Assembly: GCF_048593235.1 (NCBI RefSeq)
Contig: NC_133623.1
Coordinates: forward strand, 10,222,211-10,286,210
DNA from: Sminthopsis crassicaudata
Lineage: Eukaryota
DNA: 64,000 nt
Direction: 5' to 3'
In this document: positions 1-11,030 of the stretch, one piece after another
Position numbering within the stretch: position 1 is the stretch's first letter
Layout of the letters: every line of letters begins with the position of its first letter
Translations under genes and position numbers: made by a program
Notes under the pieces: generated by a model
Told to the model about the DNA's origin: nothing
Seen by the model: the letters and a program-made list of their open reading frames with translations, nothing else
The model's database searches: none

Positions 1-127
1 GAAGCTTCCCTCCCTGACCATGACTTCTTTTTCTTCCATCTTTCCCCCGTCTTCACTCCTCCTAAATCTGCTCTTTATCATCACTATAACCTCTAATGCA
101 TCTGTCCCCTCCTGTTTTCCCCAGATA

Positions 128-305
128 GACAGAGCTCTAGACTTGGAATCTGCCTCAGACGCTTACTTGCTATGTAGCCCTGGGCAAGTTATTTAAACTT
201 GGTCAATTTCAGTTTCCTCATCTGTAAAATGGGGATGTTCATCATCATCATAATTATCATTGTGAGCATTAAATGAGACACTATATGTAAAACCTTGATA
301 AACTA
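128..305 (+). mobile_element. MIR-type CORE-SINE
   Basis: Contains core motif gggcaagttatttaaac...cagtttcctcatctgtaaaatgggga and MIR-like tail. Confidence 0.8.
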
Positions 306-2006
306 TAATCTTCGGGTTTTTTCATTCTCCCTCTTCTGCCCTCACTGTGCCACATCCATAAAGTTCAGCCCATAGTTAAACTAGTTCATCTGTATAGAAA
401 GGATGTCCCCAAAGTTGTTACCACAGTATTATGCTTGACTATCTTGCATTGCCCTCATGTCTTAACTAAAGCCCAGTTCTAAATCGTCTCTACCATCTTA
501 TTTATCTTTTGCTACTTGGGTGCTTGTGGAGGAAGTTGCACTGCTGATGACTAGGCCCTTGCTTGGTACTAATCTGACAGCTAAGCTCAACTGAGGCCTC
601 AGTGCTCCTACTGTAATCATTTTATTTTCGTCTCAGTTGATTATCGTTCATCCTGATTGTGCAAAAGATGTCTCTTTGAGACCCCTTATTCTATCTGTCT
701 CAAACCTGCTTGATGGGGGAAATGAAGACCATCCTGGGCTCCATTGTCTGAGCAATAGGTGGCCTTTTTTGCTAATACCAGCTTCTCTACACATGCCCTT
801 GAACCCATCCCCATCAATGTCTTTTGTGTCTGTGTCTTCCTTGGTGGGTCATCGCCCATCTCCTAGCACCAATCATTCTTGTTCCCAAGGGCACGGCTTT
901 GTCCTGGGTTTTCTTGCCTTCTCTCTACCCTTGTATCTTTTTCTTTTCCTTTGATCTCATCCACCAACATGGACTCAGCTATTGCATTATTCCCAAGTCC
1001 ATTTTTAACCTCGCATGAGAGGCAGTGGGGCATTGTGGGTAGAGGACTTACTTAATTGAATTTACCACATTTGAATTAAGAAAGAAGTGAAAATGAAGAT
1101 GGGATTGCTTTGTCCTTCCACCTTCATGGACCCCTCTGACTTCTTTTCTTGGACTCCAGTCTATGAGCCTCTGATCCAGTCCAACCCCATCATTTGCCAA
1201 AAAGAAGAAGCTGAGACCCAGAGAAGATAATAAATGGCAGAACCAGGATTCACACTGGGGCCTGATTCCACCTTTGGTACTTCCCAGAACCTCAGGGATA
1301 TTCTGATCTCTTTACAAGAGGCAGAACTTTTCATAGATTTGCTGGAATTTCTTTTTGTTCCTTGGCAGCCAACTAAGAGTGATTGACCGATCCCAGGGTC
1401 TGGCACAGAGAGTTATATCTGATCTCTTTCTTTCTTTTCTACTCCTGGCAGCCCATATTTGGGGAGGAAAGTGAAACTTCAGTGTCGCTCCAGTTCATCT
1501 CCTCGCTCTTACCTTTCTCCTCTTCCCCTTTCACATTTCCCAAAGACTTTTGCCCTTCATTCCAGAGATCAAAGCTGAAAGGGAAACCATTTTCAAATGC
1601 TCAGGATAGGAATGTGACAGAGCTGAGCCAAGTGGCTCATTCGTGCCCCGTTCAGCCCCCTGGAACAACCAGCCCGCTTCTTGGGGAAGAGTAGATTTCC
1701 CCCCTGTGAACTGCAAGCATTCTTGAGTTTGTGATCCATTGCTATTAGACTTAGCGAACTGACTTGTGAGTGGGTGCACCTCATGGTGCTGCACTGGGTC
1801 TGCCTTCCAGTTTCAGTATAGACACATGAAACCCAAAAGTTAGAGCTCACTTTGGTGTGCCACCACCGACTCTATGGCTGAGAAACCCTCCAACTTCCTG
1901 TCATCTTGGGAAACTCTAAACTGTGGTCAGCTGGAGTAAACCCTAGAGCCATTCCATAATCCGAAGGGGACATTTGGGAAAAGGGTTTCAGAGATAGAGA
2001 GAAGAA

Positions 2007-2048
2007 AAAACAGGATGAGGAGAGAGCAAAACAGGATGAGGAGAGAGC
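2007..2048. repeat. 21-bp tandem duplication (aaaacaggatgaggagagagc x2)
   Basis: Two exact adjacent copies at 2007-2027 and 2028-2048. Confidence 0.95.
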
Positions 2049-2130
2049 AAGAGTACTAGAGATTTTATATGTTTGGATGGAGGAATAGCTTCCATTTTCT
2101 GGGGCATTTCCAATTTCAAGAAAAGCTTGT

Positions 2131-2305
2131 GGCACAGCAGCTAGGTGGCGCAGTGGATAGAGCACCATTCCTGAAGTCAGGAGTACCCCAGTTCGAATAT
2201 GGCCTCAGACACTTAACAATTCCTAGTTATGTGACTCTGGGCAAGTCACTTAATCCCAATTGCCTCGGCCAAAAAAAAAAAAAAGAAGAAGAAGAAAAAG
2301 AAAAG
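2131..2305 (+). mobile_element. WSINE1-like short CORE-SINE with A-rich tail
   Basis: tRNA-derived head (A box tggcgcagtgg, B-box-like gttcgaata), core gtgactctgggcaagtcacttaatcccaattgcctc, poly(A)/(GAA) tail. Confidence 0.85.
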
Positions 2306-2717
2306 TTAGTGTTTTGCTAAACAAGGCTCTGCAAAAGGAGAATGACTTTGGTTATGCTCTGTTCCAACTTTTGGATTAGAAACTCTGCTTACTTTAGCAA
2401 GACACAGCTTGTCTCCAGTTCTTTGGAAACTGGCTAAGACAAAGCCCAGGCAAGGTAAATCTGTGAGCAGGGTATGATGAGCAAGCTAGAGGAGTGGTAG
2501 CGTGGGGTTCACAGGCACCCTTAGGCAGATTATGGAGAGATTTCAGAGAACCTGTGACCTTGGGCCTTTATGGTTCAGCCAATTCTATTTCACTAACCTT
2601 TGGTTTCCTTCTGTATTTTATGCATTTTAAGAAAATAAGTGGGAGGAGGAGCATACATAGGCTCCCCTATACCATGATCCCAGGGATTCAGGACATGCAA
2701 AAAAGGCTGGTGATAAA

Positions 2718-3474
2718 AGTTATTAAGCTGTACATATCCTTTGATCCAGCAGTGTTATTATTGGGCTTATATCCCAAAGAGATCTTAAAGGATGGAAAGG
2801 GACCTGTATGTGCAAGAATGTTTGAACAGTCCTCTTTGTAGTGGCCAGAAACTGGAAACTAAGTGGATGCCCATCCATTGGAGAATGGCCGAATAAATTG
2901 TGGTATGTGAATGTTATGGAATATTATTGCTCTGTAAGAAATGACCAGCAGGAGGATTTCAGAAAGGCCTGGAGAGACTTACAGGAACTGATGCTGAGTG
3001 AGATGAGCAGAACCAGGAGATCATTATATACTTCAACAACAATAATATTTGATGAGCAATTCTGATGGACGTGGCCCTCTCCAACAATGAGATGAACCAA
3101 ATCAGTTCCAATAGAGCAGTAAGGAACTTAACCAGCTACACCCAGAGAAAGAACTCTGGGAGATGACTAAGAAGCACTTCCAATCCCTCTATTTTTGTCC
3201 ATCTGCATTTTTGATTTCCTTCACAGGCTAATTATATACTGTTTCAAATTCCGATTCTTTTTGCACAGCAAAATAACTGTTTGGACATGTATACATGTAT
3301 TGTATTTAACTTATACTGTAATATATGTGATATGTATTGGTCAATCTGCCATCTGGGGGAGGGGGTGGGGGGAAGGAGGGGGAAAATTGAAACAAAAGGC
3401 TTGGCAATTGTCAATGCTGAAAAATTACCCATGCATATATCTTGTAAATAAAAAGCTATAATAATAATAAAAGA
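2718..3474 (+). mobile_element. 5'-truncated LINE-1 (ORF2 C-terminus plus 3' UTR) in the last WDR44 intron
   Basis: L1 ORF2 end sequence, G-rich 3' UTR tract 3355-3382, AATAAA 3447-3452, A-rich tail; flanked by exact 12-bp TSD gctggtgataaa at 2706-2717 and 3475-3486. Confidence 0.92.
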
Positions 3475-3633
3475 GCTGGTGATAAACTGAAGAGCTTCCA
3501 GAGAAGAAAATCCCACGTGTGGTGTCTGCTAGGCCAGAGGAGAAGGGGAGAAGGGGGCTGTGAAGGTTTTTGATTTTCTATTTCTTTTGAATTCACGAAC
3601 ACCTTTTTTTGTTATTTTATTTATGTTTTTCAG

Positions 3634-3728
3634 GTGCCCTGAAGACCGATCATGCTGAAGTTCTTCTCTCTGCCGATTTCACTGGAGCCATCAAAGTGTT
3701 TATTAACAAAAAAAAATATGTCGCTTGA
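3634..3728 (+). CDS. WDR44: Last coding exon of WD repeat-containing protein 44 (Rab11-binding protein)
   Basis: Polypyrimidine tract plus CAG acceptor at 3631-3633; phase-1 exon translates (G)ALKTDHAEVLLSADFTGAIKVFINKKKYVA-stop (TGA 3726-3728), matching the remembered WDR44 C-terminus EVLLSADFTGAIKVF; synteny with DOCK11 agrees. Too short for the ORF track. Confidence 0.93.
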
Positions 3729-3749
3729 CTTGTGACAACCTCAACTTGA

Positions 3750-3755
3750 AATAAA
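3750..3755 (+). terminator. Proximal candidate polyadenylation signal AATAAA
   Basis: Canonical hexamer 22 nt after the WDR44 stop codon; use unproven. Confidence 0.35.
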
Positions 3756-4705
3756 CATCGATGAGTCCTTTTCTCTAGGCATCCTGAGTGAAAAAGCATT
3801 GGAGTAGTATTGCAGGCTAACATTGTCTTTAAGCTGTTCAGATCTAATATATTTGGGGAGGCAGAGTCAGGAAGCTAGGAACTGGGCCAGGGCCACTAGA
3901 AAGGATATGTTTGTGCAAGAGGAGAGTTGCCCAGTGGTTGGCTTCACATTTTCAAACTGGTTGTGGTTTTGCTATATAGTTGTCAACATGCAAAGGTTTC
4001 TGCATGAAATATATTCATCTATGAATCTCCTGTGTGTGCCTTTTTTTGGTTACATGCCCTGAATTTTAACAACTCAGTTCTTCAGAGGCTGTTTTGGCTG
4101 TTCAGTGACAGGAAAATGGTTTTGGTTTAGAGTTTCAAGAAAAACTTTTCTTTTGCACAGAATTCCTTTTTTTTTGTTTGTTTTTGTTGTTTTTTGAATG
4201 GTGGTCCCTTTGGACTCTTGAGTGACTTGGAGAAGATGATACAGATTTCCTGTAGATCAACAACTCAATGTAAATGTTTTTATAAATTTCCCAATTTGAG
4301 GACAATTGTTTTTGTGGCCTTGTTGTGGATTTTAGGGTTTTCTTTGTATATGTATATAGAAATAGCATTTCTTCTTTTTTGCACACTGGAGCACAAAATG
4401 TTTCTATGTAAAGAACACTTTTCATTCCTTATTTGTGGGCAGTAGGCTCTATGAGAGCTCACTTGAAAAAAAAAAAAAGAAGCTGCACTCGTTAGAAATT
4501 CTTTTCTACAACACTGTAAAAATGAATTGTTTACATTTTTTTAAGGCATTGGAGTTTTCCAAAATTAAGCTGTTTTGATTTGAGTTGCTGGATTTGAAGG
4601 ACTTTGTAAATATCGCTCTACTGTACCAATGAAATAACATTGGGGCAGCCGAACCCCAAACGTGTTGTTGATGGTTAGCCTATGTCTCAGAAAGCAAAAT
4701 GTATA

Positions 4706-4711
4706 ATTAAA
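4706..4711 (+). terminator. Distal candidate polyadenylation signal ATTAAA
   Basis: Common variant hexamer with downstream tgtcattttgttttt element. Confidence 0.5.
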
Positions 4712-6899
4712 AGTTGGTCACCAACATTTGCTAAATGTCATTTTGTTTTTAAATGACTCAGGTTTCTCATAGCAGGCCTGCAACACCTGGTTTCTAGTGC
4801 CAGCCTTGTTCTTGAACTACTTTGGTGACCAGAGGCAAGGTTCTTGGGACACTTGGAGCATGTTTCCTCATCTGGGGGAGGGGGGGCGCTTAGGTTTTCT
4901 TGAAGGCCTCTTTTCTCTCTACAGTTCCACTACTGTGTTCATCGACTTAGTTGAATTTGTTGTGGTAAGTAGAGTCTATTAACTGAGGACAAAAATGCTC
5001 AGAATCAGATCCTGGGACGTGATTGTAAATGAACAGTAGAGTTAAGAATCAGTTACAAAATGACTATTTGGGATACAAGAATTTCATAGGGTACCTACCA
5101 TTGTCATCTTCAGCCTGTGAAGTCATCAGAGGCCTCAAGAACAACAGGTGATTTTGCAGTTGTGGATGACTGGGTTTGCCAAGAAGCCAAGACTTAGTCT
5201 GGCCCCAAGACGTTTCCCCAGAGCTTGGCCCTGCTCACGAGCTTTTTCTATCGACTTGTGCTTTCTTTATTGCTTGGGGCTTGGGCCCTCCTGTCTTGGG
5301 TTTTGTAGGCAGGTGGTGAGCCTGATGACCAACTAAGCTGCTGTACCCCCTCTCCCCAGTGCTCATCTGTCTGGTGTTCCAGCCATGGCCAGCGTCCTCT
5401 TCTAACTACAGGACTTTGAGGGCAGCTTGGTTTTCCTAGTCTTTGGCTTGTGACTTCTGGGCTGCTGTTGTACTGTTGCCTGGGAGCTTCAGCATTTCCG
5501 GTGTAACTATTTCCTGAAAGAGTTTGTGGTTAATTTGAAAGAAAAGATAATTAGCATCAGGGAGTATATTTGGGCCCTTAGTGCCTGACCTCTCTTGGTT
5601 AGTAGTCTTGTCAGAATTAATTGGCTGCTAACATTTAAAAAATTAGTTCATGTGGAAAATCCTCACCCTCCCAAGTGATGAGTGTAGAAATAATGTAGCT
5701 TTGAGTTTTACTTAGAGGATCTCTAAACAGATATTCATTCCTAAGCTTAGCCTTAGGCAACAGTGAATGAGATGGGTTAGAGTCAAGCTCTGGCTCTGCT
5801 CAGAGATGTTTCAGGAACCTTATTTAGCATTTTCTCTTTCCTGTTGACTTATTTTGAATTTAAACGCCAGTGAAAATTATATATGGTGACTGACCACAGC
5901 TGAAAATGCCCCGTGTATAATTTTAGCATTGAGTTGATGTTCTGTGAAATTGGTACTGAACACACACCCCAAAACAGTCCGAGAATCAGATGCCCGTTCT
6001 TCTTCTTGGTTGTTGTAGGGGCTAGGGAAATGCCTTGGTAACTTGGGAGAATTCTCAGTGTCAGCTTGTGGAAGATCTGTCTTAACATCTCTGAAGACTG
6101 GCTATGGTTCTGGTTCTTAATTTCACTTTGCCAGGGCGTGGAGCTTTGCAGGCACAGTCATCTGGTCCAGTCTTTTCCAAGCACTCTCCTGTGCCATAAT
6201 GGAGGATTCACCATGTTTGCCACTTAGCTTTCCCTAGACTCAGTTCAGCTGGACACGTTTGGGAAGGGGGAGGACAGCCACAGCCTTTACCTAGGGAGGA
6301 GTCGGCCAATGAAGTTTAGAGGTCTGAAGAAATCAGACGAAGGTATTTTCCCAGCATTGTTCAGCAATAATAAGCGCCCTTTGCCATTGCTCTTTCCCGA
6401 TTGGAATTCTGGGAGGTAAGTGGTATAAGCTGAAATTATTTTTGACAGATGACATGTCACTGACTCTCAGAGAGTAAAGATCTTGCGCAGAGTCACATCT
6501 TCTGAGCCCAATAATCTTTGCTATGAGACCATGAGTTTCTGAAATCTCCATTTCATTTTGAAATACTTTAGAAAATGCCTCTGATTTCTACCCAGGTGTA
6601 GCTGTTTGCTTTTTCCAAGAGTTCCAGGATAAGACACCTAAGTGCTTAATGGCTGCAAGGGGACTTCAGATCAGAGGACTCTGTGCCGTCATGAGTGTTT
6701 CTGACCTTTTTTACTCAGTGTCTTCCTGAACTCTCCATCTGGCTCTGATTATTTGATAAAAGTCTAGGTTAAAAGTTAAAAGAACTGAATGTGTTTAGCT
6801 TGGAGGAGAGAGAGCTTGCAGGGGCACCATGGTATTTAATAATTAAATGTAAAGTCTTAAACTGGGCAAGTTAATTTCAGTTAACACAAATACAAAATG

Positions 6900-7060
6900 G
6901 AAGATCATAGATTTTGAGCTAGAAGGGAACTGAGAAGCCACTGAGTTCATCAAGTTTAACTCTCATTTTAGAGATGATAAGGAATCTTCTCTGAGCCAGA
7001 GAAGTGGTTATTTGCTCAGGGTCACTCAATATGTGCTTTGAACCCAAGTCTGGCCCTGTT
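6900..7060 (-). mobile_element. MIR3-like SINE fragment
   Basis: catagattttgagctagaaggga ... ctcattttagagatga motifs in reverse orientation. Confidence 0.65.
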
Positions 7061-7102
7061 CACTATTTCCTGCTGCCACATGTCTTCTTCTTCTCCACTG
7101 AC

Positions 7103-7363
7103 TTTTGTTGTTGAGTCATGTTTTTGAGTCATGTCTGATTCTTCATGATCCCATTTGGGGTTTTCTTAGCAGAGATACTGGAGTGTTTTACCATTTCCTT
7201 CTCCAGCTCAGTTTACAGAAGAGGAAACCGAGGCAAACGGGATGAAGTGACTTGTTCAGGATCACACAACTAGTAAGTGTCTGGGGCTGGAGTTGAGCTC
7301 AGGCGGATGAGTCTTCCTGACTCCTGGCCTGGTGCTATCCACTATGGTGCCACCTAGATACCC
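7103..7363 (-). mobile_element. Mar1-like marsupial CORE-SINE
   Basis: RTE-derived tail (cccatttggggttttcttagcagagatactggag...ccatttccttctccagctca) joined to core and tRNA-like head in reverse orientation. Confidence 0.85.
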
Positions 7364-7694
7364 ATTATGGTTTTGGCTTTTTGCAAATTCAGTTTGAGTC
7401 AGTGCTGTAATGTGGCATGATTGATCTGAGGCAATGTGCAGAACCAAGTGACAATAAGAACATGGGAATGCTGGGAATACCGCCAGGTTCCACTCCAGAA
7501 GTCATTCCTGTTTGGAACAGCCTTTTGCCAGGGTGGGAGGTGTTCTTTCCCCTTCTCTTCCCATTCTGGGTCTCTTTCATCATCCTAGCTCCAGTTTTCC
7601 TTAAGCTAAATTTTTTGAGTAAAGAGTAGGGAACATATGCCCATAGACTCCAACTTTGTCACTTGTCATTCCACTCATCATAAGCTCAGGAACA

Positions 7695-7895
7695 GTGATA
7701 CCAGCTAATGTTTGTATAACTCTTACTGTGTACCAGATGCTACGTCAAACACTTTTATTCTTTTATTTGATCATCACAATAACCCTGGGCGAAGGCTGCT
7801 ATCATTATCCCCATTTCACATATGAGGAAACTGGGACAAACAGAGGAAGTGATTTGCTAATGGTGACAGTGTTGGAGGCTAGATTTGAACTTGGG
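7695..7895 (-). mobile_element. MIR SINE
   Basis: atcacaataaccctg ... attatccccatttcacatatgaggaaactg ... gatttgaact. Confidence 0.8.
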
Positions 7896-8989
7896 TTTTC
7901 CTGATTCTAAGCTGTGTGTACTGAGGCGTGCCTTCACTGCCTCCTAAAAGGTTTGGATTTTTTCCTGTTTTCTAGAGCTCCATCTAAATATGCAGTTAGC
8001 AGTTATAGAGCATTTCTCCCCTCTCCCACTCTAACCCCAGTTCCCTTTGGCTCTTTGGGAGTAGTGGGGTACCATGTCTCCCGACAGTGTCTGACACCAG
8101 CATCATCGCCTAGAGCACTGGCTATCCCTGCCCTGTGGCTTTAAATACTGTAGGCCCTTCTTTCTGCTGCCTTCATCCTTGCCATGCTATGCTTTTCTAG
8201 GCAAGTGAGTCATTTAAGCATAATTCACCCCATATTACAAATGAACAAACTGAGGTTTTTGATGTGCTTAGTTCACATAAGCAGTACTACTTTGGGGGTG
8301 AGATTCAGACCTAGGTTTCCTGGCCCTCAGTAGGCCCTCTACTTTTTGAAAGTAGCTGGCATATTGCCATTCCAAAAGGGCACTCAGTATTTATGGGATT
8401 AGCCTCATACCTCAAAAAAAAAAAAAAAAACCACGTTCCTGGAAGCTAAGAGCTAATCCCTAGAGACCCTGGACTGGATACCTGGCAAGACTTGCAGCTT
8501 TACGACAAAGTGGGATTTCTTGGTTCTTTCATCCACATCCTTCATTTAGCTGGTTAAACATATCCCCTCTAGATGGTGCTCAGTTCTCAGCATTGTGAGG
8601 AGCCAAAGGCTTTGGTTGCTTTCGTCAGCTCTAGCAAAGGAGGTTGTGACTTTGCAGTTCATTTCAAAGTTGTGATGGGAGAGCAATCTACTGAAATCAA
8701 ATCTCCAACTTCTCTAAACCCAAAGATGCAAACAATGAAAAAAAAACCCCAAACCCCAAATAAAAGTGCCCTGTTCAGTGGAAGTCATAGGCTTAATGCT
8801 GGTAGAATGGCCTCCAAGTGGAGCTGTGGCTGAGGTGACGTGATGGGCACATGCCAGGGTGGATGTGGCCAAGCGGGAATACTGCTTAGGCAAATAGCCT
8901 TGGTGAGGCAGGACAGTGGTTAGCCCCATGATAGTGAAGCTGGAGTTCAATCTCATTCCACCAATGTCTTGTAGAGCACTTAGACTATG

Positions 8990-9180
8990 TCATTAGGAGC
9001 TGGAGAGGATAAAAATAGAGCCGAGACCTATGATTTCATGGGAATGGGCAGCTCCTCCTATATGTGCAGGTCCACACCTCTACTACTAATGTGCCTTTAG
9101 GCTTACCCAGATAAGTGGGTGATCCAGAAATCCTGCTTCAAAGGCAAATGGCTCTCCCGAGCAAGAGATCTTCACCTTTT
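8990..9180 (-). mobile_element. Old SINE fragment (MamSINE1-like, name tentative)
   Basis: tgatttcatgggaatgggcagctcc ... gcaggtccacacct resembles a remembered old therian SINE. Confidence 0.35.
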
Positions 9181-9849
9181 TTTGCATCATGGATTCCAGG
9201 GGAAGCCTCAGGATAATATTTTTACATGTATGAAACATAGATTACAAAGGAAACTTTGAAATACCCATGTCAAAATGGTTTATGTTTGTGTTTGTTTTTT
9301 TTTAAAAGAAAACAAACACAGACCCTAAGTTAGCAATCCCTAGCCAGAGTGGCTATGTGGGGATTTGGTTTGCTTACATGTATCTATGTTAGGATGCTTA
9401 TTTATTGTTAAGCTTATACAAGCAAATAATTCTAGAAGAGTATTTTGTGCTTCTGCAAGGTCCAGATAAATTGCTTGTTTCCTTTCTTTGGACTCTCCCC
9501 TTAGGTTGTGTTTCCCCCCCCCCTTTCTGCTTATATAAAGGGACTGACTGATCTGGTACTGTATTTGGGGAATCCGACAGTCGGATTTGTGAACATTCCA
9601 TGTGTCCTTGATGATTGCATTGCAAATGGTACCTTTTCTTCCTTGGAGCAGGAGCTCTGAGCCCCCTTCTAGAGAGGAAGGAGATAGACTCTCCATTTCT
9701 TGTTTACATCGTTCTCTGAAATGCAGGCAGACATGCCCTTCAGAGGCAGAGAGCTTTCTGTGGTCAACCCTGTTGCATCACAGTTGAGTGGTTTGAAGGC
9801 CAGCTAGATAGAATCAATCAAGTATCATCCAGTCAGCCTTAGTTAACAC

Positions 9850-10115
9850 CTCTCAACATTCATAGTCTCCCCTCCACTCACACAGCCACTATAGTAGTTT
9901 TTTTTCTTACTTTCAACTCACCTTGACCATTGCAGTAGACTCCTAAAAACTGGTCTCCCTGCTTCTAGTCTGTCTCTAAAAGTCCATCTTTCACCACACA
10001 GTCGTCAAAATGATATTTATGGAAATTGGTTGTTGCTTTGTATTCTCAGGACATAGCAAGAAGCCTGACACATGGAAGATAATAATAATAATAATGATAA
10101 ATGCTTGCTGAATCC
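9850..10115 (+). mobile_element. L2 LINE 3' fragment
   Basis: actcctaaaaactggtctccctgcttctagtct ... cctgacacat ... aaatgcttgctgaat L2 tail. Confidence 0.7.
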
Positions 10116-11030
10116 ATGTAAATTGCAGCACTAAAATTTGATTTGGCCATCTCCTCGTAGCGTGCATTATGGCAGAGTCCCCGCATGCCTGAAGACTTTG
10201 TCCAAAGGGCACAAATGTAATAATGTAATCTGTTGTGTCCAAAACAAGCCGACAGGGCTTTGAGCTAGGGACCAACTGGTGATGGACTGAATGACCCAGC
10301 TAGATTCAGAGAGGATCAGCACAGCCAGATTCATGGGGGACCCATTGCTGGTGAACAACTCTTCAGAGACTGTCTGCCCAGTGCTAGAGAGGTAGGAACA
10401 GCCAGGCCTTCAGAGCTTGAAAAGCTGTATGGTCAGAACTGGGGCATGCGCTTTGCCCACTTGGTCACATGGCACTTTTGCAGGCTTTCTTGAAAGCCTA
10501 ATGAACCGAAGCTTCACATTTCATCTCACTGGGCCAGATGCCATGTGCCGTATAAATGGCGACTCTGCCACTGAGTATTTGCAAAGGTTTTAAGATGATA
10601 CAGGAGAAAGTGACTTTAAAAGTATAAAGGAATAAAGGAAGTTCCAGTTCCTCTAACAAATATTTATCACTAAATAGAAGCTCCATACAATAGTGTGGTG
10701 ACAACCACATCAAGACTAGCGTTTCTTTAACCCAACCCGGGCATTTTTACAGAGGTGGAAAATCAGACTCCAAGTGTGTATGGGGGGGTATCAAAAAGTA
10801 GGGACCGAACAGCCAGGATGTTATAGAGCTTCAGGCCCAGGCCCCATGGCTAGTGACTGGCACGAGTGTACTTACTCTGAACACCAGAGAGTGGAGATGG
10901 GCAGAGTAGTACTCTTCATATTTGGAGGGTTGTTGTGTAGAAAAGGGATCATTTGTGTATTGATGAGAACCCCAAAGCAAAATCCAGAAAATACAGGAAA
11001 TTGACTAAGAGGCACATTTTCATTTAGTGG

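Larger units (their letters stand above)
3729..4740 (+). other. WDR44: Probable WDR44 3' UTR
   Basis: Follows the stop codon; U/A-rich and free of recognisable interspersed repeats; ATTAAA at 4706-4711 followed by a U/GU-rich stretch. End point inferred. Confidence 0.6.

Noticed and set aside
2494-3461. ORFs of 74-115 aa in the WDR44 intron (similar ones at 23643-23973, 24756-25178, 41750-42040, 59047-59238)
   Set aside because: They fall within truncated L1 copies: broken ORF2 ends or UTR.
1-3633. Penultimate WDR44 coding exon
   Set aside because: No sequence resembling the expected upstream peptide with splice sites was seen; probably upstream of the window.
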